IMG/VR virus record: IMGVR_UViG_3300045240_000158
Length of the DNA stretch: 64,000 nt
Origin: an uncultured virus (IMG/VR IMGVR_UViG_3300045240_000158)
Taxonomy: Duplodnaviria > Heunggongvirae > Uroviricota > Caudoviricetes
Strand: one strand, 5' to 3'
Position 1 is the stretch's first letter; every line of letters starts with the position of its first letter. A model generated the notes under the pieces. The model had not been told where the DNA came from. It saw only the letters and a program-made list of their open reading frames with translations, and made no database searches. The position numbers and the translations under genes were made by a program. Below, in pieces: positions 55,878 to 64,000 of this stretch.

Positions 55878-55973
55878 GCCGCGTGCGCGTGAGAGCGCTG
55901 CCCGTTCGAGGAGCAATCCAGGAGGTGCACCTCTGTATTCGACGGACATCGTGGTGAGAGCCCACGTGCGGCA
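55878..55973 (+). ncRNA. tRNA-like element with enlarged central domain
   Basis: GCCGCGT/GTGCGGC-A, D-like GCGC/GCGC, T-like GTGG/CCAC. Confidence 0.45.
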
Positions 55974-55983
55974 CTTTTGACAC

Positions 55984-56056
55984 GGAGGACAGTTCACCTG
56001 GAGGTGATGGCGCCCTTACAAGACGCTCGCGGTCGGTCCGATTCCGACGTCCTCTA
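55984..56056 (+). tRNA. tRNA-Val(TAC), degenerate
   Basis: ctTACaa; mismatched anticodon stem. Confidence 0.65.
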
Positions 56057-56062
56057 CTTCAT

Positions 56063-56134
56063 CCGCCTGTAGCTCAGCAGCAGAGCGCTCGCTTGATAAG
56101 CGAGAGGTCGTTGGTGCAATACCAACCAGGCGGA
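56063..56134 (+). tRNA. tRNA-Ile(GAT)
   Basis: ttGATaa. Confidence 0.85.
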
Positions 56135-56145
56135 CGTACGTCGAC

Positions 56146-56216
56146 GATGCCGTAGCACAACGTAGTGCGGTCGCCCTATAAGCGAAAGGTTGGCGGTTCA
56201 AGTCCGCCCGGCATCA
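56146..56216 (+). tRNA. tRNA-Ile(TAT)
   Basis: ccTATaa loop (C33); A73. Confidence 0.7.
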
Positions 56217-56222
56217 CGATCT

Positions 56223-56299
56223 GGTGTACGTAGCCATCTGGTGATGGCGGTGGGTTGTGGACCCACTCCAGGCGAGTTCGATCCTCGTCGTGCACCCCA
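56223..56299 (+). tRNA. tRNA-His(GTG)
   Basis: G-1:C73; ttGTGga; encoded CCA. Confidence 0.9.
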
Positions 56300-56302
56300 A
56301 CT

Positions 56303-56374
56303 CGAGCAGTGGCGAAGTGGCATCGCGCACGGTCGGGGACCGTGAGATCGCAGGTTCGATCCCTGTCTGCTCGA
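56303..56374 (+). tRNA. tRNA-Pro(GGG)
   Basis: tcGGGga. Confidence 0.85.
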
Positions 56375-56446
56375 CGAAAGGAGGTCCGGTTGTCAGATCC
56401 GAGCCGGGCGAAGCGTCATAGGATCAACGAAGGAGCACATCACGCC

Positions 56447-56989
56447 ATGGAGCCGACACATAGTAGGACCCTCGTCCTGAGCCAGAGCTACGAACCCATC
56501 AACATTGTCTCGGTGCAGCGGGCGATCACGCTCCTGTTCCTTGGCAAGGTCGAGGTGATCGAGGAGTACGACGGCAACGTCAAGACGATCTCCGCGATCT
56601 TCAAGACGCCGGCCGTCGTGAGGCTCCTGAATGCGTTCCGCCGTCACAAGAAGGCCGTGAAGTTCTCGCGCGTGAACATCTACGGCCGCGACAAGTACAC
56701 CTGCCAGTATTGCGGCACGAAGAAGAAGTCGATCAGCGAGCTGACGTACGATCACGTCGTGCCGCGGTCGCGTGGCGGCAAGACGGTGTGGACCAACATC
56801 GCGACGTGCTGCTCGGACTGCAACCGCAAGAAGGCGAACCGCACGCCCGCCGAAGCTGGCATGAAGCTTCTCAAGGAGCCCGTGCAGCCGACAGCCACGC
56901 CCGTACTGATCCTTACGATCAGCAAGGAGTCGACGCCGGACGCGTGGCGCGACTACCTGTACTGGACGGCCGAGCTGGAGCAGGAGTAG
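56447..56989 (+). CDS. HNH endonuclease (McrA-like)
   Basis: AAGGAG RBS; LVLSQSYEP; RDKYTCQYCG; TYDHVVPRSRGG; CSDCNRKK. Confidence 0.9.
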   Translation: MEPTHSRTLVLSQSYEPINIVSVQRAITLLFLGKVEVIEEYDGNVKTISAIFKTPAVVRLLNAFRRHKKAVKFSRVNIYGRDKYTCQYCGTKKKSISELTYDHVVPRSRGGKTVWTNIATCCSDCNRKKANRTPAEAGMKLLKEPVQPTATPVLILTISKESTPDAWRDYLYWTAELEQE

Positions 56990-57100
56990 GTCGTGCGGCT
57001 CGTGCGAAGGTGGATCGCGATAGCGCGCTTCGAGATCGAGCAGTGGAAGTTGCGCTTCTGGTGGTAGCTCGTGCGAGTGCGCGGCAACGCGCTCGCATTT

Positions 57101-57174
57101 GGGAACGTAGGAGAGTTGGAGTCTCCGCCGGCCTGTCACGCCGGAGATCGCGGGTTCAAGTCCCGTCGTTCCCG
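57101..57174 (+). tRNA. tRNA-Asp(GTC)
   Basis: ctGTCac; G73. Confidence 0.92.
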
Positions 57175-57188
57175 CTCGAAGATCTAAA

Positions 57189-57257
57189 GGGCTCGCCATC
57201 GGGATGGCACACCGCCTCGCACGCGGAGTTGTGGGAGTTCAACTCTCCCCGGGTCCA
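57189..57257 (+). tRNA. tRNA-Ala(CGC), short D-arm
   Basis: ctCGCac; G3:U70. Confidence 0.75.
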
Positions 57258-57258
57258 C

Positions 57259-57330
57259 GGGTTCGTAGCTCAACAGGAGAGCAGCGCGATGGCATCGCGA
57301 AGGCTGAGGGTGCGATTCCCTTCGGATCCA
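57259..57330 (+). tRNA. tRNA-Ala(GGC)
   Basis: atGGCat; G3:U70. Confidence 0.8.
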
Positions 57331-57335
57331 CGATT

Positions 57336-57408
57336 GGGGAGGAATGTTCCAAGGGGGCGAGCTGGATTTGCAATCCGGCTGCGGCCGGTTCGATTCCGGT
57401 CCTCTCCA
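57336..57408 (+). tRNA. tRNA-Ala(TGC)
   Basis: ttTGCaa; G3:U70. Confidence 0.8.
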
Positions 57409-57415
57409 CGCAACT

Positions 57416-57490
57416 GCCGTCAAGGTGCCCGGAGTTTCGGCACGCTCGCTTGGTACGCGGGAGGGCTCGGTGCGACTCCGAGTGGCGGCT
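57416..57490 (+). tRNA. tRNA-Thr(GGT)
   Basis: ttGGTac; variant T-loop. Confidence 0.75.
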
Positions 57491-57499
57491 CGAAGATGA

Positions 57500-57570
57500 T
57501 CAGGGGTCGTCTAATGGCAGGACGCGCGATTTTGGATCGCGCTATAAGGGTTCGATTCCTTTCCCCTGAA
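57500..57570 (+). tRNA. tRNA-Gln(TTG)
   Basis: ttTTGga; near-copy of tRNA at 53370. Confidence 0.9.
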
Positions 57571-57574
57571 CCGC

Positions 57575-57646
57575 GCATCGGTAGCCAAGTGGCCAAGGCA
57601 CGGAGCTGCAACCTCCGCAACGCGAGTTCGATTCTCGCCCGATGCT
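57575..57646 (+). tRNA. tRNA-Cys(GCA)
   Basis: ctGCAac; U73. Confidence 0.88.
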
Positions 57647-57828
57647 CTACGTGCGCCGACGTCGTCTCGCGCGCATCGCGTGTCGAGCGAACAACGCGGA
57701 CCATTGCTGGGCCGCGAGGTACTGATCGACCGTCATGAAACAGCGCGCTGCCTCGGCCTGGAGCACGAGCAGCTCGTCATCGCGGCGATCGCGCTCGGCG
57801 GTGCGCTTCATCGCATCGACGGTAGCAC

Positions 57829-57902
57829 GCTCCTGAAGTCCCATTGGAAGGGGCACCCGTTTTCTAAACGGACCGTTGGAGGTTCGAGCCCTCTCAGGAG
57901 CA
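57829..57902 (+). tRNA. tRNA-Arg(TCT)
   Basis: ttTCTaa. Confidence 0.8.
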
Positions 57903-57931
57903 CTAGGAGTCACGAGATGTGGACACGTTCC

Positions 57932-58004
57932 GGTCCCGTAGCCTAGTGGATGAGGCGCGCGTTTCCTAAACGCGCTCACGCAGGTTCGACCCCTGCCGGG
58001 ATCA
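57932..58004 (+). tRNA. tRNA-Arg(CCT)
   Basis: ttCCTaa. Confidence 0.9.
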
Positions 58005-58208
58005 CTTCTTCTGCGCGGCAGCGTCGGAACGCGCGCAAGCGATCGTTGTGCTCGTAGGTGTAGTCGAGGATCGTACAGTTGCCGATCGGATCGCGTTGCT
58101 TCGCGTCAGCGCGAGGCACGCAGTGACGACCGCAGCTGCACTTCGGCAACTTCCGACGGCGGCGCGATCGACTCACGTCTTCATCGTAGCATCGTCGTCG
58201 ACTATCAC

Positions 58209-58276
58209 GCCTCCGTACGTGGACGTGACCCGAGTTTCCGAAACTCGGAGAGCCGGTTCGAGTCCGGCCGGAGGCA
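58209..58276 (+). tRNA. tRNA-Arg(CCG), reduced D-arm
   Basis: ttCCGaa. Confidence 0.75.
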
Positions 58277-58282
58277 CGCAAC

Positions 58283-58356
58283 GCTCTCGTCGTCTACTTT
58301 GGTTAGGACCGTCGATTTTCACTCGATCAAAGCGAGTTCGATCCTCGCCGAGAGCA
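58283..58356 (+). tRNA. tRNA-Glu(TTC)
   Basis: ttTTCac. Confidence 0.88.
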
Positions 58357-58361
58357 CGTCC

Positions 58362-58541
58362 CTACGCGCGCTTCAGCTTCTGAGCTGCGTGCAGCGCAAC
58401 GCTCAGCATCCATGAGCTGAGCCCTAGACCCGTGCTCTTCGCGGTCGTGGCCAGCATGCGCTTCTGCTCTTCCGTGACGCGGATGAGGATCCCTTTGTCC
58501 TTGCGTCCGGCCTTGCGTCGCGTCGTCTTTTTGGCGGCCAT
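58362..58541 (-). CDS. 59-aa ribbon-helix-helix regulator (DUF1778/MobC-like), absent from the ORF track
   Basis: Manual translation MAAKKTTRRKAGRKDKGILIRVTEEQKRMLATTAKSTGLGLSSWM... Confidence 0.7.
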   Translation of the reverse strand: MAAKKTTRRKAGRKDKGILIRVTEEQKRMLATTAKSTGLGLSSWMLSVALHAAQKLKRA

Positions 58542-58550
58542 GTCGTGATA

Positions 58551-58650
58551 GCGCTTGTATAGCGTCGTCTAGCGCGTGCTGTCAATCGAGCGAAGCGATC
58601 ACGATCGTGATCGCGGGATTGACGCCGCTTGCGAATGGATATACAAACGC
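58551..58650. promoter_or_regulatory. divergent sigma70-like promoters with an inverted operator pair
   Basis: + strand TTGACG-N17-TACAAA; - strand TTGACA-N18-TATACA; GCGCTTGTAT/ATACAAACGC. Confidence 0.5.
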
Positions 58651-58676
58651 TAGCGTTGAATGCAGGAGGGTTTGCG

Positions 58677-60572
58677 ATGACGACAGCAGAGAAGTTGGGG
58701 CCAGCGGAGAAGATCCTCCAGACGCTCCTGAACCACACGGACCACATGGTCCACAACCGGCCCGGCATGGTGACGGCGGACGCGCGACACACGATCGGCG
58801 TGCGTTGGGTGCCCGTCACGCACAAGGAGGAGAACGGTTCCAAGGTCGTCTACGAGCTGACGAAGGTCGGCAAGAAGACGAACAAGATCCGCAAGGGCGT
58901 GATGCGCGCCGACGGAAAGGTCGAGGAGAACGGCAAGGTCGTCGGCGAGTACCGCGCCCCTGGCCTCTTCCCCGAGGTCGCCGCGTGGATGTATCGCCAG
59001 GTCGCCGAGGTCTGGAAGATGGACAACGAGTTCGCAGCCCGTTGGGCTTCGTACTCGTTCGGCCAGGAGCATCGTGACCTCAAGGTCGTGCTCGCAGCGT
59101 TCATGCTCGTGCAGACGCGCAAGGGAGACCCCGTGCTCGATAGCGGCAAGGTCGCGTTCTACGACGACGACTTCCGTGACATCGGCGAGGCGATGGTGCT
59201 CATCCATCGCCGGGACGGCAAGGATCTGAACCCGAAGCTTCTGCTCCGCGTTCACGACCTCCTGAAGCTGCCCGGCGTTGCGGCTATCAACCGCGAGCTC
59301 GGATTCGGCAACTCCGCTCGGCGTCCCTTCCTTGGCCGCTGGGGCAAGGCGGTCGAGAAGTGGCTCCAGTTTCGCGAGGAGAACCCCAAGATGCTCGACG
59401 GTCTCGTCAAGGCCGGCTTCAAGAGCACCGTGAAGGATCTCGCGCGGGCGGTCGGCTACAAGCCCGAGACCCCGAAGTTCTTCGAGGCACTCGCTTGGGC
59501 GCAGGATCAGTCCAAGGACGGCCGGCGCCAGATGCTCATCGGCGTCGAGCTGGTCAAGGCCGAGACCTGGGACGAGCTGACCGAGGCGCAGATCTGCGAG
59601 AAGATCGTCGCCGAGAAGCCGGACTGGAAGCGCATCGTCGGCATGCTGCCGAAGAAGCTCGGTGTCACGCGCGCCATCATGAGCGCGGCGGTCGAGTCGA
59701 ACGCGCTGTCCAACAAGGATCTGATCATCCTCACGCCCACGCTCGAGGAGCTGGGACTGTTGGAGGTCAAGGAGGTCAAGGCGAAGTGGGATCGGGCTCT
59801 GAAGAAGGCCGAGGACGACATGCGTGCGGCGAACATCGCGCGCAACGTGAAGTCCAAGGACGTCCAGGAGCAGCTCGTCGCTGCGGCGGACACCGCTCTC
59901 CAGAAGGCCGTCGATCAGGTGACGAAGAACCTCCGGATCTACGTCATCATCGACGTCTCGGGCTCGATGGGGCAGTCCATCGAGAAGGCGAAGATGCTCC
60001 TGGGCAAGTTCCTCCAGGGCTTCCCGCCTGATCGCACGCATGTCGCCGTGTTCAACACGACCGGGCGCGTGGTCGAGATCAAGCACGCCTCCGCGGCCGG
60101 TGTTGCGAACGCCTTCAAGGGCATCTCGGCAGATGGCGGTACGGCCCACGGTGCTGGTGTCCTCGCGCTGGAGAAGTTCCAGCCCAAGGACGACGAGGAT
60201 TCGCTGTTCATCTTCATCGGTGACGGCGGCGAGCAGCGGACGTTCGAGACCTACGTGACGCGGTCCAAGCTGCGTCCCATGGCCTTCGGCTTCCTCAAGC
60301 TGCCGGGGGAGAACTTCGGCTGCATCGAGAGCACGGCCGCGGCTCTCGGTATCCCGTGCTTCCCGATCGTCGAGAACACGTTCGACGACGTCTACGCGAT
60401 CCCGCGGACCATCCGCGCGCTCGTGGCGGCGACACCAGTCGGTGCGGTGGCCCGTGCGGCGGTGGCGCCTCGTGTGACGCTCGTCGATACGATCCTCAAG
60501 ACCGATCTGCTCAAGAAGCCTGCGTGGGCCTTCTCGGCCCGCGCACCCGCTCCGGCGGTTGCGACGGCGTAA
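58677..60572 (+). CDS. VWA-domain protein with large helical N-domain (TROVE/Ro60-like architecture)
   Basis: AGGAGG RBS; MIDAS IIDVSGSM, GGT, FIGDG. Confidence 0.8.
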   Translation: MTTAEKLGPAEKILQTLLNHTDHMVHNRPGMVTADARHTIGVRWVPVTHKEENGSKVVYELTKVGKKTNKIRKGVMRADGKVEENGKVVGEYRAPGLFPEVAAWMYRQVAEVWKMDNEFAARWASYSFGQEHRDLKVVLAAFMLVQTRKGDPVLDSGKVAFYDDDFRDIGEAMVLIHRRDGKDLNPKLLLRVHDLLKLPGVAAINRELGFGNSARRPFLGRWGKAVEKWLQFREENPKMLDGLVKAGFKSTVKDLARAVGYKPETPKFFEALAWAQDQSKDGRRQMLIGVELVKAETWDELTEAQICEKIVAEKPDWKRIVGMLPKKLGVTRAIMSAAVESNALSNKDLIILTPTLEELGLLEVKEVKAKWDRALKKAEDDMRAANIARNVKSKDVQEQLVAAADTALQKAVDQVTKNLRIYVIIDVSGSMGQSIEKAKMLLGKFLQGFPPDRTHVAVFNTTGRVVEIKHASAAGVANAFKGISADGGTAHGAGVLALEKFQPKDDEDSLFIFIGDGGEQRTFETYVTRSKLRPMAFGFLKLPGENFGCIESTAAALGIPCFPIVENTFDDVYAIPRTIRALVAATPVGAVARAAVAPRVTLVDTILKTDLLKKPAWAFSARAPAPAVATA

Positions 60573-60584
60573 AGGAGGCCATCG

Positions 60585-61517
60585 GTGGGTTGGCGCGATC
60601 TAATTCAGACAGGCGACGAGAAGGTCACCCTTCCGTGGCTTGGCGGCGGGACGCTGTACTCCGCCGCGCAGCGCTGGTCCATCGAGGGCCGCCATCCGAA
60701 GGAGTACGGGTGGTTCACGTTCAAGATCGTCAACCGGGTAGCGCGCCTCGCTTCTCCGGCTGACGCTCAGCCGGAGCTGCTCCAGCACTCCGTGCGCGGC
60801 TACCTGGTCGGCGATCGCCTCGTCGCCGATGATGTTCGTGTCGATCCAGATCCGAAGCGCATCGTGGAGTTCTCCGAGAAGGTGTTTCTACTCGACGATG
60901 GTATCGATCGCTTCGCGCGCGTGCGCGCGGGACGGGTCAACAAGGAAGGTCCCCTGGTCTACCAGGGGCTGGAGATGCCGCTCGGGCAGGAGGATCAGGT
61001 ACTCGAAGCGTTTCTCGATCAGAAGACGTCGGTGGCCAATCTCAAGGACGTTGCCCCCGCGCTCGACGCCGCCTTCCGCATGGAGAGCTGGCAGCGGGCA
61101 GAGGCCGAGCGTCGCCGCGTCGAGCTGGAGCGAATTCGTCGGGAAGAGGAGGAGAAGCGACAGAAGGAGGAGCGGCGCAAGGAGCTGGTGAAGAAGCTTG
61201 GGGACGGAGAGGGCCGGCGTGAGATGGCGCTTCACGACTTTGACGCCGCGGCGCGCGCGGCGCTCGCCGTGGGTGGCGCGGTCTTCCTTGACGCGAAGAA
61301 GCTCCGGCACAACGAGTGGGCGGTCCGCTATCGCCTCGACCGCCAGCGGTTCGAGTGCGTTTGCAACGAGCGCCTTCGCATCATCGACGCTGGCATCTGC
61401 CTCATCGATCACGACACTAACGAGAAGGGTGACACCTTCTTCACGCTCGAATCCCTCCCAGTCGTCGTGCAGCAAGCACAGCGCGAGCGACGGCTGGTCA
61501 TCTTCCGCCACGTGTGA
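60585..61517 (+). CDS. hypothetical protein, candidate E2-like (DAGICL)
   Basis: AAGGAGG RBS; coiled coil; C-terminal IIDAGICL; Ubl operon context. Confidence 0.6.
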   Translation: MGWRDLIQTGDEKVTLPWLGGGTLYSAAQRWSIEGRHPKEYGWFTFKIVNRVARLASPADAQPELLQHSVRGYLVGDRLVADDVRVDPDPKRIVEFSEKVFLLDDGIDRFARVRAGRVNKEGPLVYQGLEMPLGQEDQVLEAFLDQKTSVANLKDVAPALDAAFRMESWQRAEAERRRVELERIRREEEEKRQKEERRKELVKKLGDGEGRREMALHDFDAAARAALAVGGAVFLDAKKLRHNEWAVRYRLDRQRFECVCNERLRIIDAGICLIDHDTNEKGDTFFTLESLPVVVQQAQRERRLVIFRHV

Positions 61518-61670
61518 GGTCATCGTGAAGCCGAAGCGGCGTATCCCGAAGCGGCGTATCCCGCCGAAGCGCGGCCGGAAGAAGAAGTCTCGAATCAGAC
61601 AAACGCTCACGCTCGCTGAAGCCGAAGGGCGCTACGTACCCGACGGCTGGCTCTAAGAAGGACAACGGTC

Positions 61671-62252
61671 ATGAAGTTCTCGGACATCAAGCTCACGGAC
61701 ATCGGCAACACGATCCAGATGGTCGGCGTCGTCTACACCGACTCGAATGGCAAGGCGTTCTACTTCCCGTTTCCGTCGGCCGGCGACGAGGGCAAGGATC
61801 CGACGCGCGTCGAGATGACCAACGAGGACTGGAAGACAATGCTCCGTCAGGCGGACCTCGTCGAGACCGAGGTGCTCGCTCAGCGTAAGGACGGCGAGCT
61901 GTACAAGGTCATCGCGCGCAAGTCGCAACGCCAGGTCGACACGCAGGTCCAGTGGAACGTCTACCGCCGGGACAACTTCATGTGTCGCTATTGCGGCACC
62001 GAGAAGCTGCCGCTCACGGTCGATCACCTCGTACGTTGGGAAGACGGCGGCCCGACGATCGAAGATAACCTCGTCGCAGCCTGCCGAAAGTGCAACAAGG
62101 TCCGTGGCGACACCGCCTACGCGGCGTGGCTCCGGCACCCCTACTACGTCGAGGTCTCGCAGAAGGTCTCGTACGCCTACCAGGAGCTGAACCGGCGCAT
62201 CGCCGACACGCTCGTCAACATCCCCCGCACGCCTGTCGTGAAGGACCGTTAG
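61671..62252 (+). CDS. HNH endonuclease domain protein
   Basis: RDNFMCRYCG, LTVDHL, GG, NLVAACRKCN. Confidence 0.85.
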   Translation: MKFSDIKLTDIGNTIQMVGVVYTDSNGKAFYFPFPSAGDEGKDPTRVEMTNEDWKTMLRQADLVETEVLAQRKDGELYKVIARKSQRQVDTQVQWNVYRRDNFMCRYCGTEKLPLTVDHLVRWEDGGPTIEDNLVAACRKCNKVRGDTAYAAWLRHPYYVEVSQKVSYAYQELNRRIADTLVNIPRTPVVKDR

Positions 62253-62254
62253 CC

Positions 62255-62644
62255 ATGATCGAAGCAGGCGTCGTCATCAACAAGCTGCTCAAGCCGATCT
62301 ATTGGCATCTTCCGCCGGGTCGATCGGGCGGGGCGCTCCCCGACTCGGTGACCTTGTGGGACGTCATCTGGGATCAGTTTCAGGAAGGGATGTTGTTCGG
62401 CTTCGCGCACAGCCATCCGGGAAGCGGCGTGCCAGGGCCGTCGTACACCGACGTCACCACGTTCGCCGCGATCGAAGCGGCGCTCGGCACGCGCATCTAC
62501 TGGTGGATCACCAGCTCGGACCACGTGGTCGTGCTCCGCTGGGAGGGCCCCGACAAACTTTCATACCGCTCCACGATCGTCACGGAGGCACCGACGTGGG
62601 TAGCGGAACTGCGACGCCTCTCTCAAGAAGGACAAGGACAATGA
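62255..62644 (+). CDS. JAB/JAMM metalloprotease
   Basis: E near N-terminus; FAHSHPGSGVPGPSYTD (HxH...SxxD). Confidence 0.85.
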   Translation: MIEAGVVINKLLKPIYWHLPPGRSGGALPDSVTLWDVIWDQFQEGMLFGFAHSHPGSGVPGPSYTDVTTFAAIEAALGTRIYWWITSSDHVVVLRWEGPDKLSYRSTIVTEAPTWVAELRRLSQEGQGQ

Positions 62645-62910
62645 ACGACATCAAGGATACCGAGGCGCGCGTGAACGTAACTTTTTCGGGGGCCAATGGC
62701 GACCTCCCGGACCCCGTCATGTTCCAGGCGACGGACGGCGACATCAGGGCGTGGGTCACGGAGGCCGTGCGCACTGGAGGCGTGCCGGGAATCCCTGCCG
62801 CACCGAATGCGGACTTCTCGGACTTCGTCATCGATCGCTTCACGGCGACCGAGGCGCGTCCGTGGAACCTGCTGGCCGTGCGCCCCAAGACCCCCTTTGG
62901 GCTGATCTAG
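62641..62910 (+). CDS. ubiquitin-like (beta-grasp) protein candidate ending RPKTPFG-LI
   Basis: 89 aa; between JAB and E1; Gly two residues from the C-terminus. Confidence 0.7.
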   Translation: MNDIKDTEARVNVTFSGANGDLPDPVMFQATDGDIRAWVTEAVRTGGVPGIPAAPNADFSDFVIDRFTATEARPWNLLAVRPKTPFGLI

Positions 62911-62982
62911 GCCGTTCTAAGACACCGTTTGGGTTCTTTCGTGCCCAGCTCTGCGTCAGAGCGCTGAAACGGTTATAATGTC

Positions 62983-63807
62983 ATGATGCGGAGAGAACGG
63001 CCTAAGCTGACTAGATCCGAATGGCTAGCTAGCAGGGAAAACCACATGGTGTTGACGCCACCGTTGCATGAAGCGCTTGACGGCGTCCTTCTCTCAGATG
63101 GTTCGTTACACCACAAAGCTGGTCGTAGAACCGCCAGTCTCCGCTTGATGCAAAGCGCAAAGCGGAAAGGTTGGTTGTGCTTGCTAAGGAAAGAACTAGC
63201 TGCGGAAGGTGTGGCCGCGGTTATCGATTCTGTTTTGATACGACCGTCCAAGATCGAAGAACGTGAACTGCCTGGAGGACAGTACCTCCTACTTCGCAGC
63301 ATGAACTACGTTGAGCTCGTTTATGAGCGCAATCGGTGGTACCCAAACGAGCGGAAAATTGTTCCGCGGGACCTTCGACTGACTCCGACGGTTCTTTTGC
63401 ATTGGTTCTGTGGTGACGGGCGAGGAGGTGACTCAAAAGGAACATTAGGTTTCTGCACGGACGGTTTCTCTGTCGACGATGTAGAATTTCTTGTGGACCG
63501 TCTTCAAACGGATCTCGACATAGCGACCACGCTAGTTTTCAACCCTCGGGGTCATCCGCAGATATTGGTCGGAAGACGCGGCGAGGCGGTCAAAATCCAA
63601 GAGCTCCTTTTGCGCACACTTCCGATTTGTTGTCGTTACAAGTTGCAGCATGTACGTCCCCTGCCGTTAGAAGGGCGTGGACGACGGCTTTCTGAAAGCC
63701 TAAAACAAGCTGTTCTGGCCGATCGAGGTGCTTGCTCGATGCGCGAGGCGGCTACCAAACACGGGGTGTCCGTGTCAAAGGTTTGGAAACTGTGGACCAC
63801 AGCATAG
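62983..63807 (+). mobile_element. free-standing LAGLIDADG homing endonuclease
   Basis: LDGVLLSDGSL and LHWFCGDG motifs, FCTDGF; C-terminal HTH; AT-richer than flanks. Confidence 0.85.
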
Positions 63808-64000
63808 TGATCGTAGGTGTTGGGTCTCTTGGATCTCATCTCGTTCAATTTATACGCAATGAAAAGTGCGCGCTGAAGATCATCGATATGGATCGCGTCG
63901 AGCAGAAGAACGTGATGTCGCAGTTCCACGGCAAACCCGGCGTGGGCAGGCACAAGGTCGACGCGCTGAAGCAGACGATGGATTTCCTGTTCAAGCGCCA
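63792..64000 (+). CDS. ThiF/E1-like adenylyltransferase (partial, runs off the window)
   Basis: Manual translation IVIVGVGSLGS...IIDMDRVEQKNVMSQF...VGRHKVDAL. Confidence 0.85.
   Translation, partial: MDHSIVIVGVGSLGSHLVQFIRNEKCALKIIDMDRVEQKNVMSQFHGKPGVGRHKVDALKQTMDFLFKR

Noticed and set aside
57829..57902. Amber suppressor tRNA (CTA) or an alternative genetic code
   Set aside because: A 7-nt loop gives TCT; conserved genes end normally at TAG, TGA or TAA.
57647..58180. Two small minus-strand ORFs between tRNAs (57647-57811 and ~57976-58176)
   Set aside because: Possible but unsupported: no motifs, and one runs into a tRNA.
52627..58383. ORFs spanning the tRNA array (e.g. 52627-53766, 56710-57738)
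   Set aside because: They overlap clear tRNA cloverleaves; only the two HNH genes are credible.
2376..60149. Long antisense or off-frame ORFs in the track (e.g. 2376-3884, 13932-15467, 23347-24783, 58650-60149)
   Set aside because: Shadows of real genes in high-GC DNA; Arg/Ala-rich with no motifs.
62911..63807. LAGLIDADG as part of an intein or group I intron
   Set aside because: It has its own start and stop, no intein terminal motifs, and only ~70 nt of flank, too little for a ribozyme core.
1..64000. Classical tailed (jumbo) phage structural module, integrase or att sites
   Set aside because: No recognisable terminase, portal, sheath, tape measure or recombinase motifs; they could lie outside the window.

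Overview
This GC-rich window looks like part of a large virus or mobile element rather than core chromosome. It has no housekeeping operons and no recognisable terminase, portal, HK97 capsid or tail genes. All annotation is manual reading; no database searches were run. Four zones are visible. (1) ~0.9-25.5 kb: one co-directional block of unknown proteins built from shared modules. It includes three genes with an identical ~135-aa beta-rich C-terminal domain (a fourth, diverged copy lies at 49970), many single-TM proteins with an RGxYG tag, a recurrent YxAxFD..WP module, a transglutaminase/papain-like Cys-His-Asp enzyme and a TM-anchored lytic transglycosylase. I infer a virion module of a non-tailed, membrane-containing virus. 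(2) ~25.5-47.4 kb: a glycan locus (rmlA, rmlB, GT2, HtrL-like, methyltransferases, beta-propellers, 2OG oxygenase; galE lies upstream at 19940) next to four collagen-like fibre genes. (3) ~52.9-58.4 kb: an array of 33 tRNA genes (no Leu or Ser seen), two HNH genes and several tRNA-like RNAs, including His(AUG) and Asp(AUC) tRNAs that each carry a 58-nt structured insertion. The array is preceded by a sigma70-type promoter, a 57-codon Leu-free leader ORF sampling most codons the array decodes, and mutually exclusive antiterminator/terminator helices: an apparent translation-sensing attenuator. (4) ~58.4-64 kb: an operon of a VWA protein, E2-like candidate, HNH, JAB protease, ubiquitin-like protein and ThiF/E1, with a LAGLIDADG homing endonuclease inserted between Ubl and E1.
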